Source of the DNA: Carpediemonas membranifera BICM
Lineage: Eukaryota; Protista; Fornicata
NCBI GenBank assembly: GCA_019828565.1
Contig: JAHDYR010000012.1
Location: 620,001 to 684,000, forward strand
Direction of reading: 5' to 3'
Length of the DNA stretch: 64,000 bases
This document shows, in pieces, positions 32,822 to 44,800 of the stretch (within the stretch, counting starts at the first letter, position 1; every line of letters begins with the position of its first letter). The notes beneath the pieces were generated by a model that was given only the letters and a program-made list of their open reading frames with translations, was not told where the DNA came from and made no database searches. The position numbers and the translations under genes were made by a program.

Positions 32822-33386
32822 TTACATCACGTAATGTTGCAACTTTTTGTCACGGCCATCATTTTCCTTCTCGAACTGTCTGACTTGGCAGACGCCGCGG
32901 CTGTCTAGCCAAACCTAACGGGGGGGAGTGAATTTACGGGTCGACCTCCAGGCCTCGCGCGTGAATTCGGCTGTCGGGAGACTCGCCCGACGCCTATTGC
33001 TCGCCTCAGGAGCTAAGCGGTGGCCGCCGTCTTGTCGGCCATTTCTCTCCAGCATGTGCCAAATCAATTCATCAATTGATTGGGCGGGACTACAGTGCCC
33101 TCCGCCCGTTCCCATCATAGGCCAGGCCGTTCCTGGCGTGCGGTGCCCATCACCGCGGAGCCGCAGACCTACGTATTGCGATTTAACGATTAAGCATCCG
33201 TGCAATAGAAAGCGTCCGACAGTAAAAACCGACTCTGCGTAACTAGAGAAGCCAGAAGCCCTTCAATTCCAGCATATTGGGTCATTAGTGCAGACTGATG
33301 TCATTGTAGTTGGTCATCCTCTCTCCAGCCTCCCTACTTTACGTCCTACACTATCTATACATGTCTAGACTAGGTTTACATTGTCG

Positions 33387-35063
33387 TCAAACATCGCCCA
33401 GGCCCTCGTGCGACAGCTGCTTGCGGTAGATGTTGTTCAGCCGACGCAGGTTGCGGATAAAGTCGTTTGTCTGCGTGTTCAGCCGCGTCTTAGGCGATTT
33501 AGCTGCCCCCATGATCTCGGTCACGCTCGTCCTCATCGTCGGCGGCGTCTGCCCGGTTGCGGGGCTGCGGACGGCGGGCGGCGTCGGCACCATGGAGGGT
33601 GACCCGACGAACCTGGTCGGCGTCTTGCGGCCCTTCTTATGCTTGGTCCCTGGGGACGCTGTCGCGGGCCGCACCTGGCCGGGCGGGGAGGCGAGGTAGG
33701 GCCAATGGGGGGCGTCGCGGGGCCTGGTCCTGGGCATTCGGCCCCCCTTCTCCCGCTGAAGTCGGTCGGATGTCTCGTGTGTGAGCGCCGTGACGTCCAT
33801 GGCCTTCTTCTCGATGTCTTCGGCCACAGCGAAGAGCGACTCAACCCTGTTCGCCATCTGCACCCACGCCGTGAAGCGGTGCGTCAGCGTCGTCAGCGCG
33901 GCGCTGTAGCTAGCCGTCACAGCGCGGGCACGGGCCGCACGCGCGTTTGCCTCGTTGCGGGCAAGCTCGCGCGCTTCAGCGTCGGCTGCAGCCTTTTCAG
34001 CAGCGGCCTTCTCGGCGGCAGCCTTCTCAGCATCGGCCTTCTCGGCAGCAGCCTTCTCGGCATCGGCCATTTCAGCAGCAGCCTTTTCAGCGGCGGCCTT
34101 CTCGGCAGCAGCCTTCTCGGCAGCAGCCTTCTCAGCAGCAGCCTTCTCGGCATCGGCCTTTTCAGCAGCAGCCTTTTCAGCGGCGGCCTTCTCGGCAGCA
34201 GCCTTCTCGGCATCGGCCATTTCAGCGGCGGCCTTTTCAGCGGCGGCCTTCTCGGCAGCAGCCTTCTCGGCAGCAGCCTTCTCGGCATCGGCCTTCTCGG
34301 CATCGGCCTTTTCAGCAGCAGCCTTCTCAGCAGCAGCCTTCTCGGCATCGGCCTTTTCAGCAGCAGCCTTTTCAGCGGCGGCCTTCTCGGCAGCAGCCTT
34401 CTCAGCAGCAGCCTTCTCGGCATCGGCCTTTTCAGCAGCAGCCTTTTCAGCGGCGGCCTTCTCGGCATCGGCCTTTTCAGCAGCAGCCTTTTCAGCGGCG
34501 GCCTTCTCGGCAGCAGCCTTCTCAGCAGCAGCCTTCTCGGCATCGGCCTTTTCAGCAGCAGCCTTCTCAGCAGCAGCCTTCTCGGCATCGGCCTTTTCAG
34601 CAGCAGCCTTTTCAGCGGCGGCCTTCTCGGCAGCAGCCTTCTCGGCATCGGCCTTTTCAGCAGCAGCCTTTTCAGCGGCAGCCTTCTCGGCGGCAGCCTT
34701 CTCAGCATCGGTCTTTTCAGCAGCAGCCTTTTCAGCGGCGGCCTTCTCGGCAGCAGCCTTCTCTTCGTCCGCCTTATTGGCAGTGCCGGGTGCAGCGGCC
34801 ATGACGACAAGCAGCTGCTGGTTGTTCTTCATGCTGAGCGACGACGGCGACAGATGATCCTCAAATTCGTCTCCTATTGAATCGCCGTCCATGATGAAGG
34901 TTTTGCACCGAGACCAGTCGTCTGCCGAGATCGCGAGCTTCTTCTGGACTTTGTCCTTCCATTCCCCGAACAAAGCATCGTCCTTCACGCTGCAGACAAA
35001 CTTTCCTCTCTTTCCCTTTGGAAATCCATCGTCTGGGCCTTGTAATAGCGCCTTAATCAGCAT
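33387..35063 (-). CDS. protein with ubiquitin/SUMO-like N-terminal domain and long ([10 protein letters not shown])n helical repeat
   Basis: Frame open to 35117, first ATG 35063 (5' end uncertain). FIMDGD..SP.SL.M..NQQLLV resembles SUMO-like domains. Confidence 0.7.
   Translation of the reverse strand: MLIKALLQGPDDGFPKGKRGKFVCSVKDDALFGEWKDKVQKKLAISADDWSRCKTFIMDGDSIGDEFEDHLSPSSLSMKNNQQLLVVMAAAPGTANKADEEKAAAEKAAAEKAAAEKTDAEKAAAEKAAAEKAAAEKADAEKAAAEKAAAEKAAAEKADAEKAAAEKAAAEKADAEKAAAEKAAAEKAAAEKAAAEKADAEKAAAEKAAAEKADAEKAAAEKAAAEKAAAEKAAAEKADAEKAAAEKAAAEKADAEKADAEKAAAEKAAAEKAAAEKAAAEMADAEKAAAEKAAAEKAAAEKADAEKAAAEKAAAEKAAAEKAAAEKAAAEMADAEKAAAEKADAEKAAAEKAAAEKAAADAEARELARNEANARAARARAVTASYSAALTTLTHRFTAWVQMANRVESLFAVAEDIEKKAMDVTALTHETSDRLQREKGGRMPRTRPRDAPHWPYLASPPGQVRPATASPGTKHKKGRKTPTRFVGSPSMVPTPPAVRSPATGQTPPTMRTSVTEIMGAAKSPKTRLNTQTNDFIRNLRRLNNIYRKQLSHEGLGDV
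33991..34765 (-). repeat. coding minisatellite, about 52 copies of a 15-bp unit encoding [10 protein letters not shown]
   Basis: GCCTTYTCRGCRKCR recurs every 15 bp on the + strand. Confidence 0.95.
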
Positions 35064-35289
35064 TGGCACCAGTGATCTTCCCGTGCAGTTTAGGAAGAAT
35101 TTGTGGCGTACCTCCACTCACCCCTTTCAGCCCTCGTCTGTGCCATCGGGATGTCGTGCTTTCAGTCGTCGTAAGGAGATCGTCTTCTCCAGAGCTTCTA
35201 CATCGTCCAAAATTGCCCCCCAGTAGTTTGGCACAGACCATGCTAACAGCATTGCATTTAACCGTGGAAATATCATAAACAATGGGCGG

Positions 35290-36330
35290 TCACAACGCCT
35301 TCAACCGCACCCACACCGCCTCCAGCGCCTCCAGCTCCGCGGTCCGCAGACCCCTGATGGCAGGGAAGCTGTGGTTCAGCCGGGTGTCCGCGTGGATGTG
35401 GTAGCGGGACCCCAGGCCGCCGCCCGCCCGCCCCACGCCGAACACGGCCATGCCGGCCCTCGAATGGAGGAGGGCCATCGAGCACATCGGACAGGGCTCG
35501 TGGGCCATCACTACTGTCATGCCGTTGCACAGGTAGTGCTCTAGATCCTGCCGCGCGTGCCCGGCCTGCGTCGCGGCGACCACCCGTACCGCTGCCATGA
35601 CGGGGTGAAGAAGACGGGCTCCAGCAGCTCGGGGTCCCGGCGTTGGCGGGGGCCACCGTTCTAGAACCGCGGAGATCTCCGGCGAGACGGTGTCACCCGG
35701 CCTGAGGCTGTCGATCTCAGCTCTGTGGCCGGCCAGGACGGCGGGGGCGAGGGCAGTGTCGGTCTCGTCATAGCCGACTGCCAGGACGCCCCCATCGGGG
35801 TTCTCGACGACAGCGACAGCCGGACGCCGCCCATGACTGAGCGCCGTCCACGACAGGGCGACTACGACCCGGCCGAGCTCATGCAGGCGGGGCAGTGACG
35901 ACTCAGGCACCACGTCCGCCATCTCGGGCGGGGGGAGCGGTCGGAAGGAAATAGGCCACGTCTTCGCTGCGATATCGCGCTCGATAGGGGTCGCCGGCTT
36001 CGACGTCGGGACGGACACGGGCACGAGCTCGCCGAGACCGCGGACGTCGGCCTGCACGGAGGGCTCCAGGTCGTTGAAGGCCTGGACACTAGCGACCAGG
36101 ACCTGCACGGCGTCTTTCTCCTTGCGGGCGCGCTTGAGGTGGCTGAACTCCGCGAGGGGAATCGTCTTGAACAAGAAGCTCAGGACGGTGGCCGTGCGGC
36201 TGGGCTCCACGGCAAGAGCATACGCCTCTGCTGTATAACAATGGGGCAGTGGACAAGAAACGTACTGACAGGCGGTGGGCCGGTGTGGATGGGCGGAAGG
36301 ACAAGCTCGAGGGTATCCAGCGCCCCGCCA
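35290..36330 (-). CDS. ADAT3: tRNA-specific adenosine deaminase non-catalytic subunit Tad3/ADAT3, intron 36231-36265; start uncertain (in-frame ATGs up to 36533)
   Basis: LHPVM (V replaces the catalytic E), YLC.G, EPCPMCSMALLHSR, GGLGS..IH..LNH.F. A 35-nt GTACGT..TACAG intron joins the upstream exon in frame. Confidence 0.88.
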   Translation of the reverse strand, partial: WRGAGYPRACPSAHPHRPTACQYVSCPLPHCYTAEAYALAVEPSRTATVLSFLFKTIPLAEFSHLKRARKEKDAVQVLVASVQAFNDLEPSVQADVRGLGELVPVSVPTSKPATPIERDIAAKTWPISFRPLPPPEMADVVPESSLPRLHELGRVVVALSWTALSHGRRPAVAVVENPDGGVLAVGYDETDTALAPAVLAGHRAEIDSLRPGDTVSPEISAVLERWPPPTPGPRAAGARLLHPVMAAVRVVAATQAGHARQDLEHYLCNGMTVVMAHEPCPMCSMALLHSRAGMAVFGVGRAGGGLGSRYHIHADTRLNHSFPAIRGLRTAELEALEAVWVRLKAL

Positions 36331-36737
36331 CCACTACTGCATGTTGGAGAGGAGCAGCTGGGAGTGTTACGGCGCTTCAGCTCAAGCTCTGTGGCTTCGT
36401 TGCATTTCCGCACGCTAGGCGAGCACATCGCTCCACTGCCCCATTTTCGCGAGCGACTCCTAGCCTTCCTCAAGGCCCTGCGAGTACATCTGTGGTCATG
36501 CCCGGTATTTTCTGGCAGCCCAGTCTCATTCATTGAGTTCGGACAACATCGAAGTCATGGGGGGACTCAACAGCGCTCAAGCAAAAAAGACACATCCAAT
36601 AGGCTCATTTGGCGATGCCTCGAGGTCTATAACGCCTCATAAGACGCATGAGACGCAAGGGAGGGTATGTCAGGCGTCTCATTTTTTTCGAAAAAAAATC
36701 AACACCAGAAGCACGACCCAAAGCACTCAAAGACAGC

Positions 36738-37355
36738 ATGCAAGCTCCTAAGAAGAAGGTTCTCCTTAAGATTATCATCCTTGGCGACACTGGTGTCGGG
36801 AAGACCTCTCTCATGAACCGCTTCGTCAACCAGAAGTTCACTGCGACGTATAAGGCCACCATTGGTGCTGATTTCTTGACAAAGGAAGTCACAGTCAACG
36901 GTCAGCGTGTAACCATGCAGATCTGGGATACCGCTGGCCAGGAGCGTTTCCAGTCCCTCGGCGTAGCTTTCTACCGCGGGGCGGATGCATGTGTGCTTGT
37001 GTACGATGTGAACCAGCCCAAGTCCTTCGACGACCTTGAGTCCTGGAGCCAGGAGCTCATTGTCCAGGCCTGCCCCCAGTCCCACGAGACGTTCCCCTTC
37101 GTCTGCCTTGGTAACAAGGTGGACAAGGCTGGACCGAACCGCGCCGTCCCTAAGAAGAAGGCTAAGACCTGGTGTGACTCCAAGAGCATGCCCCACTTCG
37201 AGACGTCTGCCAAGGAGGCGACGAACGTCGACGAGGCGTTCAGGAAGGTGGCTGAGATCGCCCTCCTCCAGGAGCAGCAGAACGACGACCCCGTGTACCT
37301 GCCCGAGACCATCGAGATGGGCGGGGACAACGCGGAGGGAGGCTGCCCGTGCTAA
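36738..37355 (+). CDS. RAB7: Rab7 small GTPase
   Basis: [58 protein letters not shown]-terminal CxC. Confidence 0.96.
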   Translation: MQAPKKKVLLKIIILGDTGVGKTSLMNRFVNQKFTATYKATIGADFLTKEVTVNGQRVTMQIWDTAGQERFQSLGVAFYRGADACVLVYDVNQPKSFDDLESWSQELIVQACPQSHETFPFVCLGNKVDKAGPNRAVPKKKAKTWCDSKSMPHFETSAKEATNVDEAFRKVAEIALLQEQQNDDPVYLPETIEMGGDNAEGGCPC

Positions 37356-37859
37356 TAAAGATAGATTCGAGTTGCTGGGTCGGAGATCACATATCCACTG
37401 GAATCATCGCGTGGCACGCCGCACAGCTCAGCTGGGCGTAGCACGGACAGTGGCATGTGTCGACAAGGTCAATCGTCCATTCCGCAGTTTATTGTGTGAT
37501 ACACAAATTGTCCCGCTGGGTGGGGGCATCCGGCCATACGGGCGTGCGGGCGTGTCCCTCTGGTCATTCCATCGGGAGGAGCAGGCCCGACCGATTTCCC
37601 CTGACGCCATCATTCCTGATCTCGTCTCAATCGCAGTAATATTGAACACGTTTTCTCCAGCGATCCCAGGGCCGTCTGCCCCTGGAATAACCGCCACCGA
37701 CAGGAAGAGTAGGTTACTGTCGGCTGCCTGACAATCAGACCGAATCTCGGACGATAAACGTCTGATTCGAAAAGATCTGGATCCATTGTGATGCGCTAAC
37801 GACCGTGGTGCCCTGATCAAAACAGCGACTCGCTGCTAATAAGCGCAAGAAGCAAAGGA

Positions 37860-38747
37860 ATGTTCCTGTTTCCCTCATATCGCCACCAGAGTGCGGATTC
37901 TATCATCTGCTCGAAGAAAGCTGTCCTCCTCGACTGCGACGGAGTGCTCTACAAGCTTGGCAACGCCCTCGAGGGCGCTGCCGAATTCGTAGAGTCCATC
38001 CAAAAGGATAAGCGCGTCTTCTTCGTCACCAACTCCTCGGACGCATCACCCGACCACCTCGTCTCAGCCCTCGCCAAGATCGGCATCACCGCCACGCCTG
38101 ACCAGGTACTCTCCGCGCCGTGCATCACTGCACGGGTACTCAAGCGCCGCGGCATCACCAAGGTGTTCCTGCTGGCGTCCCACAACATGGTCAGCCAGCT
38201 CCGTGCCGAGGGCATCGAGGCGGTGGTGCCAGACCCAGACATGCCGGTCGACATGCTCGGCCGGACACACTTCCCAGACCCCGACGTGCAGGCTGTGATT
38301 GCGGGCAACACCACGGTCTTCAACTACAGCATCATCGCCCAGGCACTGCAATACCTTGTCCGGCCGGGTGTGGCGTTCATCGCCACCAACCGAGACGCCG
38401 TCTACCCAGGCCCGTATGCCCCGCTCCCCGACGCCAACTCGGTCGTCGCCGCGCTGTCCGGCTGCTGCAATGGTCGCCAGCCCGAGCTCATGGGCAAGCC
38501 CCAGCCCCTTGTGTTCGACGTCCTCAGGGAGGAGTTCGGCATCGATGCCCGCGACTGCGTGATGATCGGCGACCAGCTCCATACTGACATCAAGCTCGCC
38601 AAGAATGGGCATGCGGCGTCTCTGCTCGTGCTGACGGGCGTCACCCCGCCCTCCGAGTGGCGGTCCTGGGTGAAGGCCTCCGGCATCAGGCCCGACGCTG
38701 TTGTTGGCGGGGTCAGTGACCTCAAGTATTGGCGCCGGACGGCGTGA
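37860..38747 (+). CDS. HAD-IIA phosphatase (phosphoglycolate/pyridoxal phosphatase, NagD-like)
   Basis: LDCDGVL, FVTNSS, FIATNRD, MGKP, MIGDQLHTDI, LLVLTGVT. Confidence 0.92.
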   Translation: MFLFPSYRHQSADSIICSKKAVLLDCDGVLYKLGNALEGAAEFVESIQKDKRVFFVTNSSDASPDHLVSALAKIGITATPDQVLSAPCITARVLKRRGITKVFLLASHNMVSQLRAEGIEAVVPDPDMPVDMLGRTHFPDPDVQAVIAGNTTVFNYSIIAQALQYLVRPGVAFIATNRDAVYPGPYAPLPDANSVVAALSGCCNGRQPELMGKPQPLVFDVLREEFGIDARDCVMIGDQLHTDIKLAKNGHAASLLVLTGVTPPSEWRSWVKASGIRPDAVVGGVSDLKYWRRTA

Positions 38748-38813
38748 CACATTGGCCACGTGCCATCGGATCAAGTTACTAAAATGACGACTTTCAGCGA
38801 CAGCGGGAGCTCT

Positions 38814-39722
38814 TTACACACGACGACGGCCAGGCCGGGCGGGTCTCTTGAACTTCGGCTTATACTCCATGGTCGCGTCGGCCTCGGGCTCGACGGCGGC
38901 CTCGATGTCGGCCTCGAGGGTGTCGGCCTCGCGGCACTCGATGGTCTTGGCGAGGTCGAGGCCCAGCGCCTTCACCTGGGCGACGAGGCCGCCCTTAGCG
39001 CTGGTGAGGACCATCTTGGCCTTGACGGGCAGTGTCTCTGGCACAAACATGACAAAAACTGCGCGACCCTGAACCCGCCGAAGGAGGAACATGCCGCCCT
39101 CCAGTCCGGGCATGGTGTCCTTTGCCAGGAGCTCGACGCGCTCATCGTCCGTGACGTTGAGGGCCACGAGGTCGGTTCCCTCGCCCTTGAACAGGCGAAT
39201 CGTCTCGGCCGCCGCGTCAGTCACCGCGAAGGACATCACACTCGCACCCTGCACGGCAACCTCGCCGGCGTCGCGTTCCATGGCGATGACCTCCTTCTCG
39301 CTGTCGGCGAGGGCCTCGCTCGTGTCGACGGGGGCGAGGGTGACGTCGAGCTGGCCGAAGCTCAGGTCGGCCTTCTCCGTCGCATGGACATCCTTGTTGA
39401 ACAGGTTGAGCCCAAGGTCCTTCTTGAGGCCGTCGCCGACGGATGAGGCGAGCATTTTGGCCCGCACGGGGGTTTCCTCCGGGACGAAGTTAATAAGCGT
39501 CCAGCGGTCGGTATCAAGGTGGAACAGGACATAGTGGCACTCTTCTGCCATGGAATCAAGCACAGCAGTGTAGTCTTCCTCGTCAGAGGAACTCTTTGCA
39601 ACAGAGGACATCAAAACGACCTCCTCATCGACAACCTTCGCGAAGATAGCTCTAGTGTTCTCAGATTGTTCAAATGCTGCCTTCAGCTCAGCTGTACAGT
39701 GGATATTCGTTCTAATTGACAT
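38814..39722 (-). CDS. TWF: twinfilin (two ADF-H domains)
   Basis: MSIRTNI..EL...F start, duplicated P...PV+.KM...S motif, C-terminal capping-protein-binding tail KPKFKRPARPGRR. Confidence 0.85.
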   Translation of the reverse strand: MSIRTNIHCTAELKAAFEQSENTRAIFAKVVDEEVVLMSSVAKSSSDEEDYTAVLDSMAEECHYVLFHLDTDRWTLINFVPEETPVRAKMLASSVGDGLKKDLGLNLFNKDVHATEKADLSFGQLDVTLAPVDTSEALADSEKEVIAMERDAGEVAVQGASVMSFAVTDAAAETIRLFKGEGTDLVALNVTDDERVELLAKDTMPGLEGGMFLLRRVQGRAVFVMFVPETLPVKAKMVLTSAKGGLVAQVKALGLDLAKTIECREADTLEADIEAAVEPEADATMEYKPKFKRPARPGRRRV

Positions 39723-39899
39723 GATGCGTCTGTTTGCTGTGGGCAAATCCGACAAAACTCAGAACTGACGTACATACACTGGCTACGAGCCTGTGCAATC
39801 CAAGAAGACACATCCATACTTCTGCCATTCTGTTGCGTGAGTCGCGAAAAATTTGCTGTACATGAATTTTGCAAAGTACTCACAAACATCATAATCGAA

Positions 39900-40503
39900 A
39901 TGGCCGAAGTTGAGCAGCAGGAAGAAGTCCAGTACAAAGTATGTCTATTCCACTCGGCAATTACTCCAGATCCCCGAGAAGGTAAGCACTCAGAAGATGC
40001 TTGAAGCCGATCAGGATGATGAAAGCTTGCAACGCTGGAAGGCAAGCATCCTGGGCAAGTCCCAGGGCGCTAACGGCGCACAGCCTATGGCTAAGGTCCA
40101 GAAGATCGACGTGCACATCAAGGACAATGATACGCACTTCGTCTTCCCCCTCAGCACTGAGGCCGAAGTCAACGACCTCAAGGAGAAGCCCGTCGCCTTC
40201 CGCCTCAAGGAGGGATGCGAGTATACCATGGAGTTCACGTTCAACGTCGAGAACGACATCGTCATGGGCCTTAAGTACGAGAGCGGCGTCTACAAGCGCG
40301 GTGTGCGCGTGACGAAACTGACCGAGATGCTCGGCTCGTACGGTCCACAGGCCGAGCCCCATGTCTTCACCACCCGCGCCGCCATCGCGCCCTCAGGCAT
40401 GCTCGGCCGCGGGAAGTACCAGGCGAAGTCCAAATTCGTCGATGATGACGGCAACGTCTACCTCGAGTTCTCGTACCACTTCGAGATCAAGAAGGACTTC
40501 TAG
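39900..40503 (+). CDS. ARHGDI: Rho GDP-dissociation inhibitor, intron 39939-39969
   Basis: DQDDESLQRWKASILG, LKEG, MLGSYGP, APSGMLGRGKY, FEIKKDF. A 31-nt GTATGT..TCCAG intron links ATG 39900. Confidence 0.93.
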
Positions 40504-40703
40504 GCGCTTTGTAAACATGCCTGTACCAAGCTTGGCCGGCCCCAGTGCTGTCAGCATGGCAGCACATGGGCGGCAGTGAGGTGCCCGCCTTAACGGAGCG
40601 AGGAGCTTGGCCAGAGAGGTCACCATGTCCATCACCGGCACTACTGCACCGCCCTGGGAAGTCGTTCTATCACAGTGCAGTTTATGCCAGAAAATTTGCC
40701 CTC

Positions 40704-41812
40704 ATGCCCGTTTGTCACGGTCCGGCCATAATCTAACGCAGAAGAAGGGAAAGAAGGGCAAGAAGGGGAAAAAGGGAAAGAAGGGGAAGAAGGGAAAGGC
40801 CGCAAATTTGCTCTTCGATGAGAACGGCCAGCCAACCACCGCGAAGGCCCTAGTGAAGAAGTTTTTCGACTATTACAAACAAATGTGCACTGAGCGTGGT
40901 GTTTCTGAGGATACAGACATCACGAAGCTCTGTCGCCACTACATGGAGGAGGACAAGGTCTTCGAGCAGATCGTGCTCAAGAACGGCCTCGCATCGGCTG
41001 CAGGGCTGGACGCCTTAGCGGCGGCGCTAGCGCGGTACGGGCGACTGCGGCACCTGTGCCTGTGGCGGGTGCCTGTGTCCGATGCCCAGGCGGCGGGCCT
41101 GATGGGCTGGCTGACGCGGGACACATCGCTCCAGACCCTCGAACTCATGGACTGCAGGCTGAGCGCGACGGCGTGTGCCCACCTCGGGTCGATCCTGCAG
41201 ACGAACGAGAAGCTGACCTCCCTCACACTAGACCATAACGACATCGGGCTGGCCGGCGTCGCGCACCTGGTGGCGGGTCTTAGAGGCGCTGAACAGTCGG
41301 CGCTGGCCTCGCTATCCCTGCAGTACTGCGGGCTCGACCTGCGGGCAGTCCGAGAGCTGGCCACCGCCATGCGCTTCTGCCGCATCAAGACGCTCGACCT
41401 CAAGGGCAACAACGCCACTGCCAAGGGCCTGGCCGTGTTGCTGCAGGCGGTGATGCGGGGGTCTGCGGTGGAGACGCTGGTGCTGGCGGACAACGGCATC
41501 GCCGACGACGCAGAGGCTTATCAGACCATCTCGGACCTGCTGGAGTTCGAGACGTTGACCACGCTTGACCTGAGTGATAACTTCATCACAGCGCAGAGCG
41601 GGGTCGAGCTTGCCGCGTTCCTGCGGGCCCACAAGAAGGTGACGAAGTGCCCCGTGCCTGAGACACTGGACCGGGAGACGTACAAGCTACTGAACACCAT
41701 CACTGCTGACAACCTCAAAGCGAGCAAGCCGGCCAAGGGCGGCAAGGGCAAGAAGGGGAAGAAAGGCAAGAAAGGCAAGAAGGGTAAGAAGGGGAAGAAG
41801 AAGAAGAAGTAG
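40704..41812 (+). CDS. RI-like leucine-rich repeat protein with terminal (KKG)n tracts, intron 40710-40741
   Basis: LxxLxLxxNxI repeats. ATG CCC | GTTTGT..CTAACGCAG | AAGAAG gives MPKKGKKG. Confidence 0.82.
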
Positions 41813-41885
41813 GGGCTTTGCAGGGGGCTGTGTGACTATCATAAAGGAGTGCCAGGCTGCGAGACTCGGGTGCAGTCGGACCCGG

Positions 41886-44800
41886 ATGGCGGATGGAGAG
41901 ATGCAGCGAAATGAGGGAAAGCGGAAGGTATCATCCCCAAATAAGACGGCAACAGATGAGATAGATCGAGTATACTCGAAGAGACCGTTGTTAGAAGAAT
42001 CACCGCCGCTAGACTTTCTGTTTCAGACTGCCGGTGGCATTTCTGTCTCCGTTTCCGAAGCCAGCAAGCACAAGGCGGCCCACCTCTTCGACGAGGGTGG
42101 CGCGCCCCCGATGGCTGGGTTACAGACCGCGGGCGGCAAGAGCGTGACTGTTTCCGAAGCCAGCAAGAACAAGGCGGCCCACCTCTTCGACGAGGGTGGC
42201 GCGCCCCCGATGGCTGGGTTACAGACCGCGGGCGGCAAGAGCGTGACTGTTTCCGATGCTAGCAAGCACAAGGCGGCCCACCTCTTCGACGAGGGTGGCG
42301 CGCCCCCGATGGCTGGGTTACAGACCGCGGGCGGCAAGAGCGTGACTGTTTCCGATGCTAGCAAGCACAAGGCGGCCCACCTCTTCGACGAGGGTGGCGC
42401 GCCCCCGATGGCTGGGTTACAGACCGCGGGCGGCAAGAGCGTGACTGTTTCCGATGCTAGCAAGCACAAGGCGGCCCACCTCTTCGACGAGGGTGGCGCG
42501 CCCCCGATGGCTGGGTTACAGACCGCGGGCGGCAAGAGCGTGACTGTTTCCGAAGCCAGCAAGAACAAGGCGGCCCACCTCTTCGACGAGGGTGGCGCGC
42601 CCCCGATGGCTGGGTTACAGACCGCGGGCGGCAAGAGCGTGACTGTTTCCGATGCTAGCAAGCACAAGGCGGCCCACCTCTTCGACGAGGGTGGCGCGCC
42701 CCCGATGGCTGGGTTACAGACCGCGGGCGGCAAGAGCGTGACTGTTTCCGAAGCCAGCAAGAACAAGGCGGCCCACCTCTTCGACGAGGGTGGCGCGCCC
42801 CCGATGGCTGGGTTACAGACCGCGGGCGGCAAGAGCGTGACTGTTTCCGATGCTAGCAAGCACAAGGCGGCCCACCTCTTCGACGAGGGTGGCGCGCCCC
42901 CGATGGCTGGGTTACAGACCGCGGGCGGCAAGAGCGTGACTGTTTCCGATGCTAGCAAGCACAAGGCGGCCCACCTCTTCGACGAGGGTGGCGCGCCCCC
43001 GATGGCTGGGTTACAGACCGCGGGCGGCAAGAGCGTGACTGTTTCCGATGCTAGCAAGCACAAGGCGGCCCACCTCTTCGACGAGGGTGGCGCGCCCCCG
43101 ATGGCTGGGTTACAGACCGCGGGCGGCAAGAGCGTGACTGTTTCCGATGCTAGCAAGCACAAGGCGGCCCACCTCTTCGACGAGGGTGGCGCGCCCCCGA
43201 TGGCTGGGTTACAGACCGCGGGCGGCAAGAGCGTGACTGTTTCCGATGCTAGCAAGCACAAGGCGGCCCACCTCTTCGACGAGGGTGGCGCGCCCCCGAT
43301 GGCTGGGTTACAGACCGCGGGCGGCAAGAGCGTGACTGTTTCCGATGCTAGCAAGCACAAGGCGGCCCACCTCTTCGACGAGGGTGGCGCGCCCCCGATG
43401 GCTGGGTTACAGACCGCGGGCGGCAAGAGCGTGACTGTTTCCGATGCTAGCAAGCACAAGGCGGCCCACCTCTTCGACGAGGGTGGCGCGCCCCCGATGG
43501 CTGGGTTACAGACCGCGGGCGGCAAGAGCGTGACTGTTTCCGATGCTAGCAAGCACAAGGCGGCCCACCTCTTCGACGAGGGTGGCGCGCCCCCGATGGC
43601 TGGGTTACAGACCGCGGGCGGCAAGAGCGTGACTGTTTCCGATGCTAGCAAGCACAAGGCGGCCCACCTCTTCGACAAGGGCGGCGCGCCCTCTGCAACA
43701 CCATTCGTACCCTTTACGTTTGCCCCCGCGGTCCTGCCGCCCCCCGTCGCCCGCCCGACGCTCGAGCCCCCGCCCCGCCCCCGCACCACCATCGGCACCA
43801 TCCTGGAGTACGACGTCCGGGACGACCGGGCTGGCCGGGCCCGACTGGACAGATGGGTCGGGGCGGCCGTGGGGCTGCCGGTGATGCCGCCCATCACTGT
43901 CCGGACGAGCCGGGCCGGACTGGGGCAGCGGAGACCGGATCTGCGGTGCTTCGACGACGCCTACCACACCGTCCTGGCAGTGACGGACGGTCCCACACCC
44001 TTTGACGCCGACTCAATCGTGGTCCGCCGTGTCGACCCCGAGACGATGGCACTGCCGCTCGGACTTCTAAAGCACTCGGATGGGGGGGCCTTCTCCTTCG
44101 CCGACGCCCACCTCATGTTCGAGCTGGCGGGCCGACTGAGGGGTGAGTGCACGCTGGGGTGGCTGCGGGAGGCGTACGCCCAGGCCGTCTGGAAGCTCTC
44201 GTCCTTCCAGGCGCTGACCCAGGACCCCCTCCTCACACCTGCCCGCGTCCTGTCAGACCTCCGTCGGCGACACGAGTCCGAGTTCGTCGAGGGCCGGCGC
44301 CCTATCCTCCGCCGCATCACCGAGCAGGACGTGCCCGCCTCCGTCCACATGGTGCTGTTCGTCCGGGACCTCGTGCCGGGCGGGGCAGTCGTCAGCGATG
44401 GTGCGTACTCCCTGCGGGCTTCCTTCGACGAGCAGCTCACGGCCCTCGTCGGCAAGGGCGCCATTGTGGTCGGGACTAAGCTGCACATTGCGAACGCCGG
44501 GGTAACCGGGCTGGACAAGGCGGGCTCGCCCCTCAGCTCAGAGGCCGTGCTAATGCTGCACGTCAACAGCACCCGCCGGGCCAAGCACACGACGCCCTTG
44601 GGCCGTCAGCCCGACCTTCTGTCCGTGCCACTCGCGTCCGTCCGCCCCAACGGCGGGGACGTGCCCGCCCTCGCGTGTGTCGTGACGCGGGTCTACCCTC
44701 TCGTCTACTTCGTCAAGGGTCCGCCCGGCCGCATCATCTGCGGCGCCTCGTTCGCGGCGTCAGAGTCAGCCCGGGCGGCCCACGACAGCAGGGGGCGTGA

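Noticed and set aside
33639-34880. Long ORFs in alternative frames over the 15-bp repeat (SAAAF, SSLLG, RQQPS, RRLLP repeats)
   Set aside because: These are stop-free by-products of the minisatellite; only the EKAAA frame connects to plausible flanking domains.
42021-43690. CRISPR-like regular repeat array
   Set aside because: There are no unique spacers; it is an in-frame 99-bp coding repeat (BRC) within BRCA2.
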